Positions 46,825-55,480 of a stretch of 64,000 nt of DNA are shown piece by piece. This stretch comes from Candidatus Aenigmatarchaeota archaeon (GTDB lineage: Archaea; Aenigmatarchaeota; Aenigmatarchaeia; GW2011-AR5): assembly GCA_016180945.1 (NCBI GenBank), contig JACPAG010000002.1, forward strand, positions 128,210 through 192,209. Reading direction: 5' to 3'. The notes below the pieces were generated by a model that was given only the letters and a program-made list of their open reading frames with translations, made no database searches and was not told the origin of the DNA. Position numbers and translations under genes: made by a program. The stretch's first letter is position 1; every line of letters begins with the position of its first letter.

Positions 46825-47610
46825 TCATCGTCTTTTTAATCTAGTCTCAGTTGAATCTTTCATAACAATGTTGAATGATTCCCAGAATGACTTATCTTCA
46901 TCTACTTCCCATGCAGGTACCCAAAAATCCCCGTCCCTTGAGAAGCCCTCTCCCCTTAGGTATCTGTCAATTCCTGGAAGGTGCCCGGCTCCATAAGTCA
47001 CACCTACAGGCACGTCAAAAGCTTCAGTCTCCATGGTATGAAACAACCTGCGATTTCTCTCAGTTACGACAAGTTTGTGATTCATAGGGCCAAGGATTGC
47101 ATACGACAGGGCGTTACTTATAAAAGGAAATCTATACACGAATAACGCCATGCCTTTCATGAATCGCGATAATTCCTCGGGATGTTTCTTATGCGCTTCT
47201 TCGAAGTCCCTTATCCTTTCAAGGCGCTGTAGCCTTCTTAACAACCTTTGCGGGGCCATGTTAATGAATTCTGTTGCAGTCATGTCGGCATTTTTCCAGC
47301 CATTATAAGTCAAGGAGTCTTTCTGATCAGTCATTCTAAGATATCTTGCAAAAGTTCTGTAGATATCAGGCAACTTGTCCAAAGAACGAATATAAGGCCT
47401 CTTTTCAGGCAATACAGCGGCTTCATCAAGAGGAGGTCTTATGCCCTCAAAAAATCCTGCGGGCAACTTATCTATCTCGGCTTGAATCCTTGAATAGTAG
47501 CTTGGCAAACCTACGTGGACCATACCGGCAACTACTATTTCTGCGTCCCCTCTTCTATAACCTACAACAGGAGTGTAAAGTCTGTTATCTTTAACTTTGA
47601 GGAAATGCAT
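46825..47610 (-). CDS. Hypothetical protein with TraB/GumN(Tiki)-like motifs
   Basis: GMVHVG..YY, FFEG, ERN, YGAGHLPG. Confidence 0.55.
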   Translation of the reverse strand: MHFLKVKDNRLYTPVVGYRRGDAEIVVAGMVHVGLPSYYSRIQAEIDKLPAGFFEGIRPPLDEAAVLPEKRPYIRSLDKLPDIYRTFARYLRMTDQKDSLTYNGWKNADMTATEFINMAPQRLLRRLQRLERIRDFEEAHKKHPEELSRFMKGMALFVYRFPFISNALSYAILGPMNHKLVVTERNRRLFHTMETEAFDVPVGVTYGAGHLPGIDRYLRGEGFSRDGDFWVPAWEVDEDKSFWESFNIVMKDSTETRLKRR

Positions 47611-47760
47611 GCGAAATAGAAGTTCATAGACTTCTTAAAAGTTAATAATGCCCACAACACTAATTTAAATCTCATTCTTAACAAATAGAACTTGGCCATT
47701 AAGAACAAACTGCGAAGCAGTTTGTAATGATTTGGTGCTAAAGTTTTTGCCGGCTAAACA

Positions 47761-47783
47761 GACTGACGCACAGATGTGCGTCT
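47761..47783 (+). repeat. Family E hairpin repeat
   Basis: GACTGACGCAC-agat-GTGCGTCT just upstream of tRNA-His. Confidence 0.6.
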
Positions 47784-47800
47784 TTTTGTTTAAAGCCGAT

Positions 47801-47914
47801 GGCCGCGGTGATGTAATGGCAGCATGAAGGCCTGTGGAGGTCTTTCTTAGGAAGAAAGCCCTAGAAAGAACCGCAGCATAGTCTTCCGTCGGGGTTCAAA
47901 TCCCCGCCGTGGCC
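47801..47914 (+). tRNA. tRNA-His(GUG) with encoded G-1 and a ~42-nt 37/38 intron (~47838-47879)
   Basis: G-1:C73; anticodon arm AAGGC-CT-GTG-G^A-GTCTT; BHB-like helix CTGT/GCAG. Confidence 0.9.
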
Positions 47915-47925
47915 CTTTATTTTTA

Positions 47926-48177
47926 TCATAAAGATGGACTTCTCCATCTATGCGGATTAGCCAATAATTCTATTGCCGGATCAGCATGGGCAGAATCATC
48001 GCTATTTATCTCAAAGTTATGAGCAGCATAGCCTTCTGCCAGTCGCCTTAATCCGCTGTAATCTCCGGTTTCTCTTGCTTTTGTCAATGCTCCGAATATA
48101 TCCCCTGCTGTCACATAAGGACGACCTGCCCAGTCACTTCCTCTTGTTCTAACATCGCCGATTTTATGTTCAGACAT
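47926..48177 (-). CDS. Hypothetical protein
   Basis: 83 aa ORF immediately downstream of tRNA-His; no motif. Confidence 0.45.
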   Translation of the reverse strand: MSEHKIGDVRTRGSDWAGRPYVTAGDIFGALTKARETGDYSGLRRLAEGYAAHNFEINSDDSAHADPAIELLANPHRWRSPSL

Positions 48178-48245
48178 AATCCCTTCTATACTTCACCAAA
48201 ATAGAAATAAAACGTTATTCCCACTTTCTTCCCATACATTTAGAG

Positions 48246-48522
48246 ATGATATGCTCTGATATAGCAGACTTCTGAAGAAGTCTGCAGATTGCATAAATTG
48301 AAATTTATGCAATATAACTCTGACTAAAGTCAGGGGTTTCCTTGAGCATGGCACAAGAAGGAACATAGTTCCTTCTGTGCAGAAGGACTAACAAGTCCTT
48401 CTTGCATCCCAAAGACATTGTATTTCACAAGAAAGACCTGAAAGGTCTTTCTGTGCAGGAAAATCTTTGCTTTTCCTTGCATCACACGACTAAAGTCGTG
48501 TGTTTTCAATGTCTTTGAGGAT
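48246..48522 (+). mobile_element. Family D element, 277-bp form with three paired-hairpin inserts
   Basis: Backbone of 26744-26862 interrupted at ~48264, ~48352 and ~48429 by hairpin pairs. Confidence 0.78.
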
Positions 48523-48551
48523 AAATATGGCGGTTCACACAATATCTTACT

Positions 48552-49223
48552 GTGACCTTTACTGCAAAAGAAAAACAGGTGATCAGAAGATGCGATACGC
48601 CTGATAAAATCCAGAGATTCCTGCTTTCCATGCCCTACTTTTATGGAACCAAAAATGAAAGATTTCGCTCTTTCAGGACCGTTATAAAAGAAGGAACGGC
48701 AGATTGCGTCGAAGGCGCCATCACCGCTGCGGCGATAATGTCCGCACACGGTCATCCGCCGCTGGTTGTTGATTTGAGGGCAAAAAATGACTGGGACCAC
48801 GTGATTTTCATTTACAGGGAAAACGGAAAATACGGCTCAATCGCCCTTTCTCGCGACCCCAACCTTTACGGCAGAAAACCCAGATTTTCTACGGTCGGGG
48901 ATCTTGTGATGAGCTACTATTACCCGTATCTTTCCGACGGGGGCTGGATCGATTCGTTTGCGGTTGCCAACCTGGACAAGTCAAAAATCGATTGGCGTTT
49001 TTCCAGGAAGGATATATTCGAACTCGAAGATTTTCTCGACAACGCTCGGCATAGACGAGTAAAAAAGGACATTGAGCCTGCCGTCGTGAGAAAAATATTG
49101 CAGGCATACTATATCGTGAAGCGGTGGATAAAAAGGAGGCTTCTAAGAAAAATTTACCATTCGTCAAGTTTCAAATCAGGGATATTTGAAAAATGCTTTT
49201 TATTTCCTGTAACCAGAATTTGA
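48552..49223 (+). CDS. Hypothetical protein, transglutaminase/papain-like motifs
   Basis: ADCVEGAITAAA, DWDHVIFIY. Confidence 0.6.
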   Translation: MTFTAKEKQVIRRCDTPDKIQRFLLSMPYFYGTKNERFRSFRTVIKEGTADCVEGAITAAAIMSAHGHPPLVVDLRAKNDWDHVIFIYRENGKYGSIALSRDPNLYGRKPRFSTVGDLVMSYYYPYLSDGGWIDSFAVANLDKSKIDWRFSRKDIFELEDFLDNARHRRVKKDIEPAVVRKILQAYYIVKRWIKRRLLRKIYHSSSFKSGIFEKCFLFPVTRI

Positions 49224-49540
49224 TTATTAGAAATGCACATGCATGCGATAAGCAGGTCTAATTCTTGGGTCGGTCTTCCACGACCTCTTAATAAAGCAAA
49301 ATTCCTCCCGTATAAATCACAAGACTTATTATCAAAATTCAAGATGTTGATTTTTTTGAGAAATTCGTCAATTATTGCCTTTTCGTTTTCTGGCATTTTG
49401 GATAAATAAGCCCCTTTATATAACTCACATACGTTAAGACAGGTTGTTGTCAAGGCAGAAGAAATTTTCTTTATTTTTTCTGCTGTGGCATGTTTTCCCC
49501 TTAGAAAATCCACAATAACATCGGTATCCAGACAATACAT
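49154..49540 (-). CDS. vapC: VapC/PIN toxin
   Basis: MYCLDTDVIVD, E, DLLIAC, LVTGNKKHF. Confidence 0.9.
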   Translation of the reverse strand: MYCLDTDVIVDFLRGKHATAEKIKKISSALTTTCLNVCELYKGAYLSKMPENEKAIIDEFLKKINILNFDNKSCDLYGRNFALLRGRGRPTQELDLLIACMCISNNQILVTGNKKHFSNIPDLKLDEW

Positions 49541-49767
49541 CAAAATTTCACTTCTCTTGTCCTGAATTTTTTCCTTCCCTTTATAATTTTTTTCATTATC
49601 TTTTCCATTTCCGGCTTGTCTTTCCATACGCCAGCAAATGCCATTATTCCCCTGTTCTTCTCCTTTTCAGTCAGTTTAACGACTACTTTAGAAAACGATT
49701 CGCCTTCCCCTTTCATTTTCTTCAGCGCATCGTACGCCTCATCCGAGAGTGAAATAACCCTTGTCAT
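49540..49767 (-). CDS. vapB: VapB-type antitoxin (DUF217-like)
   Basis: MTRVISLSDEAYDALKKMK.EGESFSKVV; TGATG coupling to vapC. Confidence 0.85.
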   Translation of the reverse strand: MTRVISLSDEAYDALKKMKGEGESFSKVVVKLTEKEKNRGIMAFAGVWKDKPEMEKIMKKIIKGRKKFRTREVKF

Positions 49768-49862
49768 AGACATGTATACATGCATGCATATATATTTAAG
49801 TTTACCCCGCTGGTGGCAGGTTTATATACTTTAACCATCTAAATGGTTATACGGTGAAATAG

Positions 49863-50153
49863 ATGGTAAAGACTACGCTCGAAATTAAGGACGAAACTTA
49901 TAGGAGGCTCGTTGAAGCCTCTTTGAGGCGGTACGGGAATGCAAGAAGCATTTCAAAAATGGCAAACGAAGTTATCGAAGCGCATCTAAAAGAGCCTGAA
50001 ATTGAAAAAGCCGCTGCAGACGACGCCATCAAAAAAAGGATGGAAATCGTCAGAAAAAGCGCGGGAAGCTGGAAAATTGGGGAAACGGGCGCTGAATACG
50101 TGAGAAATATAAGGAAAGAGAGTGAAAAGAGATTAAAAAGAATGGGCTTATGA
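49863..50153 (+). CDS. Putative RHH-type antitoxin
   Basis: MVKTTLEIKDETYRRL...SISKMANE; directly upstream of a PIN gene. Confidence 0.7.
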   Translation: MVKTTLEIKDETYRRLVEASLRRYGNARSISKMANEVIEAHLKEPEIEKAAADDAIKKRMEIVRKSAGSWKIGETGAEYVRNIRKESEKRLKRMGL

Positions 50154-50154
50154 A

Positions 50155-50535
50155 ATGAAAATCGTTTTTGATACCAGCATTTTAGTTGACGAATCACGAA
50201 ATTACGCGCCAGCGGTGAAATTAGTTGAAAAGGTGGCGAAAAAGGAAATTGAAGGCTGCATATCTGGAATAACCGAAGCTGAAATGTTATCTGGCGGAAA
50301 TTGCAAAAAGGAAGATGTGATTAGAAAAACCATGGACCTTCTTTCTTTGTTTACGGAAATAGAAATCGACAAGCTGATTCTGCGCAAAGCCGCAGAATTC
50401 AGAAGGACTTATGGCACAGACCTGTTAGACGCCATAATAGCGGCAACGGCTTTTCATCAAAATTGCAGACTTTGGACAAAAAATAAAAAAGATTTTGAAA
50501 AGATAAAAGATATCAAAACGGAAATGCCTTATTAA
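50155..50535 (+). CDS. vapC: VapC/PIN toxin
   Basis: MKIVFDTSILVD, TEAE, DAIIAATA, TKNKKDF. Confidence 0.9.
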   Translation: MKIVFDTSILVDESRNYAPAVKLVEKVAKKEIEGCISGITEAEMLSGGNCKKEDVIRKTMDLLSLFTEIEIDKLILRKAAEFRRTYGTDLLDAIIAATAFHQNCRLWTKNKKDFEKIKDIKTEMPY

Positions 50536-50693
50536 ATTTTTTTCTTTGGGTTTTGAACACAACCCCCCGCCCCACAAAAAGCTTATATAGAAGTTTAGCG
50601 TAAGGAAAGGAAGGTGTCAACAATGAAAGGTGAATGCCCCCATAGTGGGCTTGGTTCACTTCCTATGATGGAAGGAATAGAAAGATAGTAGAT

Positions 50694-50942
50694 TTGTCTA
50701 GTTCTTGCTCTAAAAAAATATTTGCAAAGATTGACGAGAGAGGAAGAATCTATCTTCCGGCAAAGATAAGGCGTTTCTACAAATCTGTTTCATTTTCCGC
50801 TGATTTAACAAAGCGAAAGATATTTGTATTCTCCGAAGGCCGCTACGGAATAGATTCCAAAGGCCGTGTTTCTATCCCTGCTGACATACGAAGGTCGCTC
50901 GGTTTGAGTAGCGGCAATGTTGTTGCTCTAGCTATCCAGTAA
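50694..50942 (+). CDS. Tandem AbrB/MraZ-like DNA-binding protein (start uncertain)
   Basis: Two repeats: KIDERGRIYLPAKIRR and GIDSKGRVSIPADIRRSLGL. Confidence 0.65.
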   Translation: MSSSCSKKIFAKIDERGRIYLPAKIRRFYKSVSFSADLTKRKIFVFSEGRYGIDSKGRVSIPADIRRSLGLSSGNVVALAIQ

Positions 50943-51020
50943 CAAGAAAAGTAAGGAATTGGAGATGCGCAGAAGAACGTTATAAAACCAGATAAATATA
51001 AGTAAAAATAAGTGATATCT

Positions 51021-52280
51021 ATGAAATTCCAGCCGCCTCGGGGCACAAGGGATACGATGCCGGAAGACATGATTAGGCTCCAGTACGTCCTGGATACTGC
51101 CAGAAAGTTCTTTGAGCTGTACGGCTTTGAGCCGCTGGACACGCCTGCTTTTGAGGACTGGAAGCTCTTAGCCGCTAAATTAGGCGGCGGCGAGGAGATT
51201 AAAAAGGAAATCTATTACTTTAAAGACAAGAGCAGCCGTGAACTTGGGCTTCGCTTTGATTTGACAGTTCCTTTGTCCCGTGTTGTCGCATCAACCCAGC
51301 TGCCGAAGCCGTTCAGGCGCTATGCCATCGGAAAAGTCTGGAGGTACGACAATCCCGGCGCATCCCGTTGGAGAGAGTTCTGGCAGGCTGACGCAGATAT
51401 CGTCGGCTCCTCGAGCAGCGAAGCCGATGCCGAAGTCATTTCCGTTGCTTGCGCCATATTAAAAGCCCTCGGCTTTGATGATTTTATTGTCCGCATCAAC
51501 AACAGGAAAATTACCGAGTCCTTTGTAAGGTCTCTTGGAATTAAAAACTGTGTCGATGTTTTCCGTTCTATAGACAAGCTCGGAAAAATAGGCGAAGCCG
51601 GCGTAAAAAAGGAGCTCAAGTCCAAAAAAATTCCTTCTGAACAGATGGAAAAAATTCTGGATTTTGTAAAGATTGCGGACATAAACAAGATTGAAAACCT
51701 GGACGGCGCCGGCGAACTAAAAGACATTATCAGCTCGCTCGGCGGCTATGCTGAAAATATCAAGGTGGACATGAGCCTTGTCCGTGGATTGGAATATTAC
51801 ACAGGAACCGTGTTCGAAATATCCGTGCCGTCAGGCAGATTATCTTTAAGCGTGGCCGGCGGCGGCCGATACGACAATCTTGTCCAAGCATTGGGCGGAA
51901 GCCCTGCACCGGCAACGGGCATTTCCCTCGGCGTTGAGCGGATTGTCGAAGTGCTCAAAGAATCTGGCACGCTTCAGCTGCCAAGAACGCCTTCCAAGGT
52001 TTACATTGCGTCTATTGGCGACGTGAAAAAAGACGTTGCTGAAACAGCCAAAAAGATGCGCGAAGCCGGCGTAGCCTGCGAGTTCGATGTCATGTCACGT
52101 GATTTGAGAAAACAGTTGGAGTACGCCAATGCCAAAAGCATCCCGTACGTTATAGTCATCGGTGAAAAGGAAATCAAAAGCAGAAAAGTCAGACTGCGAA
52201 ATATGAAGAGCGGCGTAGAGAAGGAGATAGAGCTGGATGGTTTGGAAGGGCTGATGCAATTATCCAACTATAAGGAGTAG
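51021..52280 (+). CDS. hisS: Histidyl-tRNA synthetase
   Basis: PRGTRD, LRFDLTVP, RYDNP...RWREFWQ, RGLEYYTG, GGGRYD, GVERI. Confidence 0.97.
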   Translation: MKFQPPRGTRDTMPEDMIRLQYVLDTARKFFELYGFEPLDTPAFEDWKLLAAKLGGGEEIKKEIYYFKDKSSRELGLRFDLTVPLSRVVASTQLPKPFRRYAIGKVWRYDNPGASRWREFWQADADIVGSSSSEADAEVISVACAILKALGFDDFIVRINNRKITESFVRSLGIKNCVDVFRSIDKLGKIGEAGVKKELKSKKIPSEQMEKILDFVKIADINKIENLDGAGELKDIISSLGGYAENIKVDMSLVRGLEYYTGTVFEISVPSGRLSLSVAGGGRYDNLVQALGGSPAPATGISLGVERIVEVLKESGTLQLPRTPSKVYIASIGDVKKDVAETAKKMREAGVACEFDVMSRDLRKQLEYANAKSIPYVIVIGEKEIKSRKVRLRNMKSGVEKEIELDGLEGLMQLSNYKE

Positions 52281-52547
52281 ATTTAGATAGCGTTCTAAGG
52301 CTACCATATCGGCTTTTGCTCCTCCGCTGTCCGTAGTCCAGCCATTATACGTTATTTCAGATGACATAGCATCAGACCTTAGCCGTGCTCTGCCACCGAA
52401 TGCGTAGGCAAAATTTCCGTCCGTGCCATATGCCTGCACAGTAAATTCAATTGGTTCTGGACTCAAAGATGATTTCAAACTTCCGGCTACAGATCTTAAG
52501 TCTGAAAAGGCGCCTTCCCTGCCTTGCACGAATAATTTATAAGCCAT
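52260..52547 (-). CDS. Hypothetical protein
   Basis: 95 aa ORF, no motif. Confidence 0.5.
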   Translation of the reverse strand: MAYKLFVQGREGAFSDLRSVAGSLKSSLSPEPIEFTVQAYGTDGNFAYAFGGRARLRSDAMSSEITYNGWTTDSGGAKADMVALERYLNLLLIVG

Positions 52548-52702
52548 TTTTATCTCATCTCCGCAAGTCTTAAGAAGTCTCCTGAAATAGTTCTCTCAAT
52601 TCTGTTGCATAGAAAACTTTAAATACTATTAATCATTGATAAGTAGTGACATACTTGAGATGTCAGCGTTTAGAATAAAATGTTGATTTGAAAGGTGAAT
52701 AC

Positions 52703-54061
52703 ATGATAGACAGACCGTTGACAGTCGCAGTGAGCGGCGCAGGCGGCAGGATGGGAAGGATTTATGTGCCCGAACTGCTAAGGCAGGGCCATATTGTCAG
52801 GGTTTATGACCCCCAGAAAGATGTATTGTATCAGTATGAAAGACAGGGGGCCACAATCTATAAAAATAACAGAGCCCTCGTTCAAGGCGCTGATGTTGTT
52901 CTGCTCCTTGTTCCTGTCCGCAAGACCGAGGACGTTCTAAAAGATATGAGCCCGCAGCGACCTCAAGATGGTCATATACTAAGGTATCTCAAACCTGATG
53001 TAATTCTGGGCAGCGCCGCTTCATCAAAAGAATGGGTCGCGGAACAAGAGATTAGATATCTCCCACCAACAGCGCGTATAGTCGAATTCCATCCCATGCA
53101 CGGCGAGAATATACAGCCGAAAGGGCAAAATTTGTTAACAGTCCCTGTGCGAGACGACGGCAGCGGAGAAGCGCTCATGCAAGAATTGTTCTCTCCTACA
53201 GGAGTGAAAATAAGACATGTTGATTCTGTAAGCGAGCACGACCAAATAATGGGCGAGGTGCAGGGCGGCAACCATTCTGTTGCGTTTTCCAGAGATACTG
53301 CCTGGTATCTTGGCGGAACCGACCCTGATGACAATACAGTATACGCAGACCCTTTCGGCGATGCAAAATCCCTTCACTCAAGAAGGCCGTTAGATCTTAA
53401 TCTGCAGGTTTATGTCGTGACAATGATGCTTAACAGGTTTGTGCCGCCATATGTTCAGCAGTACGAAGATGTTTTAGCGGAAATTTATAGAAAGGTTATA
53501 GAAGGCAGAAGAGAAGAACTGTATAGGATGTTCGAAGAGGATAGAGAACATCTGGGCAAAGATGCGATAAAAGACGCCAGAGAAAGGTTTGCCGCTGTTT
53601 ACGGTCTGGCACTTGATGACACCGGTAATTCTCATATCAGTGATCTTATATGGGCCGAACTTGATAAAAGGCGCAATACAAGACCCACTGATTTTGTGGA
53701 ATTCGAAAGCCCTCACTACTCCCTCGGTCGCATGATAAAATACGCAATTTTAGGCGGTGATATCAGAAGATTCGTAGATAACGCCATCGACAATCCGCAG
53801 ACACAATGGCAAGACTTTAATTACGCCCGCGCTGTCGCTGTTATAAATCAGATTATTCAAAGCGGCGACGATGTCGCACTCCTAAGGCATTTCGAGCGAA
53901 TGAAAAGATTTTTCAATCAGAAACAAATGAAAAGAAATCTGGGAACGGTAGGCCAGCATAGCACAGTCCTGAGCAGAAGCCTGCGCCAAGGCACGGATGA
54001 ATATGCAAGGGCGTATGCCGAATGGAGAGCCGAGAGCGCAGCTTCACAAGAAGGGAACTAA
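52703..54061 (+). CDS. tyrA: Prephenate dehydrogenase (long, fungal Tyr1-like architecture)
   Basis: Rossmann GAGGRMG, HPMHG, HDQIMGEVQ; ~180 aa C-terminal extension. Confidence 0.78.
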   Translation: MIDRPLTVAVSGAGGRMGRIYVPELLRQGHIVRVYDPQKDVLYQYERQGATIYKNNRALVQGADVVLLLVPVRKTEDVLKDMSPQRPQDGHILRYLKPDVILGSAASSKEWVAEQEIRYLPPTARIVEFHPMHGENIQPKGQNLLTVPVRDDGSGEALMQELFSPTGVKIRHVDSVSEHDQIMGEVQGGNHSVAFSRDTAWYLGGTDPDDNTVYADPFGDAKSLHSRRPLDLNLQVYVVTMMLNRFVPPYVQQYEDVLAEIYRKVIEGRREELYRMFEEDREHLGKDAIKDARERFAAVYGLALDDTGNSHISDLIWAELDKRRNTRPTDFVEFESPHYSLGRMIKYAILGGDIRRFVDNAIDNPQTQWQDFNYARAVAVINQIIQSGDDVALLRHFERMKRFFNQKQMKRNLGTVGQHSTVLSRSLRQGTDEYARAYAEWRAESAASQEGN

Positions 54062-54078
54062 GTAACGAGCTGAGAACT

Positions 54079-55320
54079 ATGCAATACAGATTTTCCCGGA
54101 GGGCGCAGCGCACAGACGCGTCCCTGATAAGGCGGATGTTCAATTATGCCGCAGATGTGCCTGATCACGTGTCCCTGGGCGTAGGCATACCGCCTTTCGA
54201 GATGCCGTGGTATGTTACAGCCGGCTTAACTGAAGCGCTTCAGACAGAGGCCTCGCATATTAACAAATACACTTTAGGTAAAGGGCTTCCTCCTTTGAAC
54301 GAGGCAGTTGCAGAGAGGCTTAAGAGAAAAGGCATCGTCGCAGATCCGAAAAAGGAAATTCTAACTACGGCAGGTGCGGCCGGCGGCATTTTTTGCACGT
54401 TTATGGCGTTGATAGACGAAGGTGACGAGGTTGTGATACCTTCACCTGCTTATGCGAATCATATAGATGTAACCGTATTTGCTGGAGGCGTTCCTGTTAC
54501 CGTTCCTCTAATGGAAAGCCAAAACTATGAACTAGATCACACTGCAATCGAGAATGCCATAACAGAAAAAACAAAGGCTATAGTTCTTTGCAACCCTAAT
54601 AATCCTACAGGCACGGTATACACAGAAGAGGCGTTAAGAACCGTGGGGCAAATAGCCAAAGCCAGAAACCTTATTCTTTTTGAGGACAATGCATACGAGT
54701 TCCTTACATATGGTGGAAAACGACATTTCAGTCTGGCATCTGTACCAGAATACAGGGATAATGTTGTAGCATTCTTCACTTCATCCAAAGAGCATGCAAT
54801 GACAGGTCTAAGAGTTGGCTGGGTGGTAGCCAATGAGGAGGTGGTAGAGAAGGCATTTGGTGTGCAGGACCTGAATTACATTTGCCCGCCCAGCATCTCA
54901 CAGTACGCTGCTCTTGCAGCATTGACAGGCCCGCAAGACCACGTAGAAGAATTCAGGCAGGAGTTTGAGCGCAGAAGGGATGTAATGTGCAGGCGGCTGG
55001 ATGAAATGCCAGAATTCTTCAGGTACGTCAAGCCTGATGGAGCTTACTATGTATTTCCGCGGCTGTCCGAAGACGTTCTAGAGAGACGCAGTCCCAAGGG
55101 CAAAGCACAGCAACGATTCGGAGAAATTCAAGGCAAGTTTCAGACAGCAGACACAGCAGTTGCCCTAGACCTTTTATATGGCGCAGGCGTTGTTGCTATT
55201 CCGGGCATTGCGTTCGGTCCGGAGGGGAAAGGTCATCTAAGATTTTCTTTTGCCGCAGAAGAAGATGACATACACATGGCTTTTGACAGAATGGGATCTT
55301 ACTGGAGGAGAGCAGCATAG
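54079..55320 (+). CDS. Class I/II PLP-dependent aminotransferase
   Basis: YTLGKG, LCNPNNPTG, DNAY, SSKEHAMTGLRVGW (PLP lysine), PDGAYY. Confidence 0.92.
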   Translation: MQYRFSRRAQRTDASLIRRMFNYAADVPDHVSLGVGIPPFEMPWYVTAGLTEALQTEASHINKYTLGKGLPPLNEAVAERLKRKGIVADPKKEILTTAGAAGGIFCTFMALIDEGDEVVIPSPAYANHIDVTVFAGGVPVTVPLMESQNYELDHTAIENAITEKTKAIVLCNPNNPTGTVYTEEALRTVGQIAKARNLILFEDNAYEFLTYGGKRHFSLASVPEYRDNVVAFFTSSKEHAMTGLRVGWVVANEEVVEKAFGVQDLNYICPPSISQYAALAALTGPQDHVEEFRQEFERRRDVMCRRLDEMPEFFRYVKPDGAYYVFPRLSEDVLERRSPKGKAQQRFGEIQGKFQTADTAVALDLLYGAGVVAIPGIAFGPEGKGHLRFSFAAEEDDIHMAFDRMGSYWRRAA

Positions 55321-55355
55321 TTTTATAAGTATTTCGTTTAGATTAGTAATAGACT

Positions 55356-55440
55356 CTTACTTCTGGTTAAGGCAAGCAAATTTAATTTCAACTCCACAAA
55401 GAGGAGATTTGATTTATCTGCCTTAGCCGTTAGAATAGAG
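55356..55440. repeat. Palindromic intergenic element (family F-like)
   Basis: GGTTAAGGCA...TGCCTTAGCC stem enclosing a CTCC/GGAG hairpin. Confidence 0.4.
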
Positions 55441-55480
55441 GAAAATACAGAAAATATATACAAAAATAAGGTGAAAAATT

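Noticed and set aside
47801-51020. Integrated element with att sites at tRNA-His
   Set aside because: No duplicated tRNA 3' end and no integrase found
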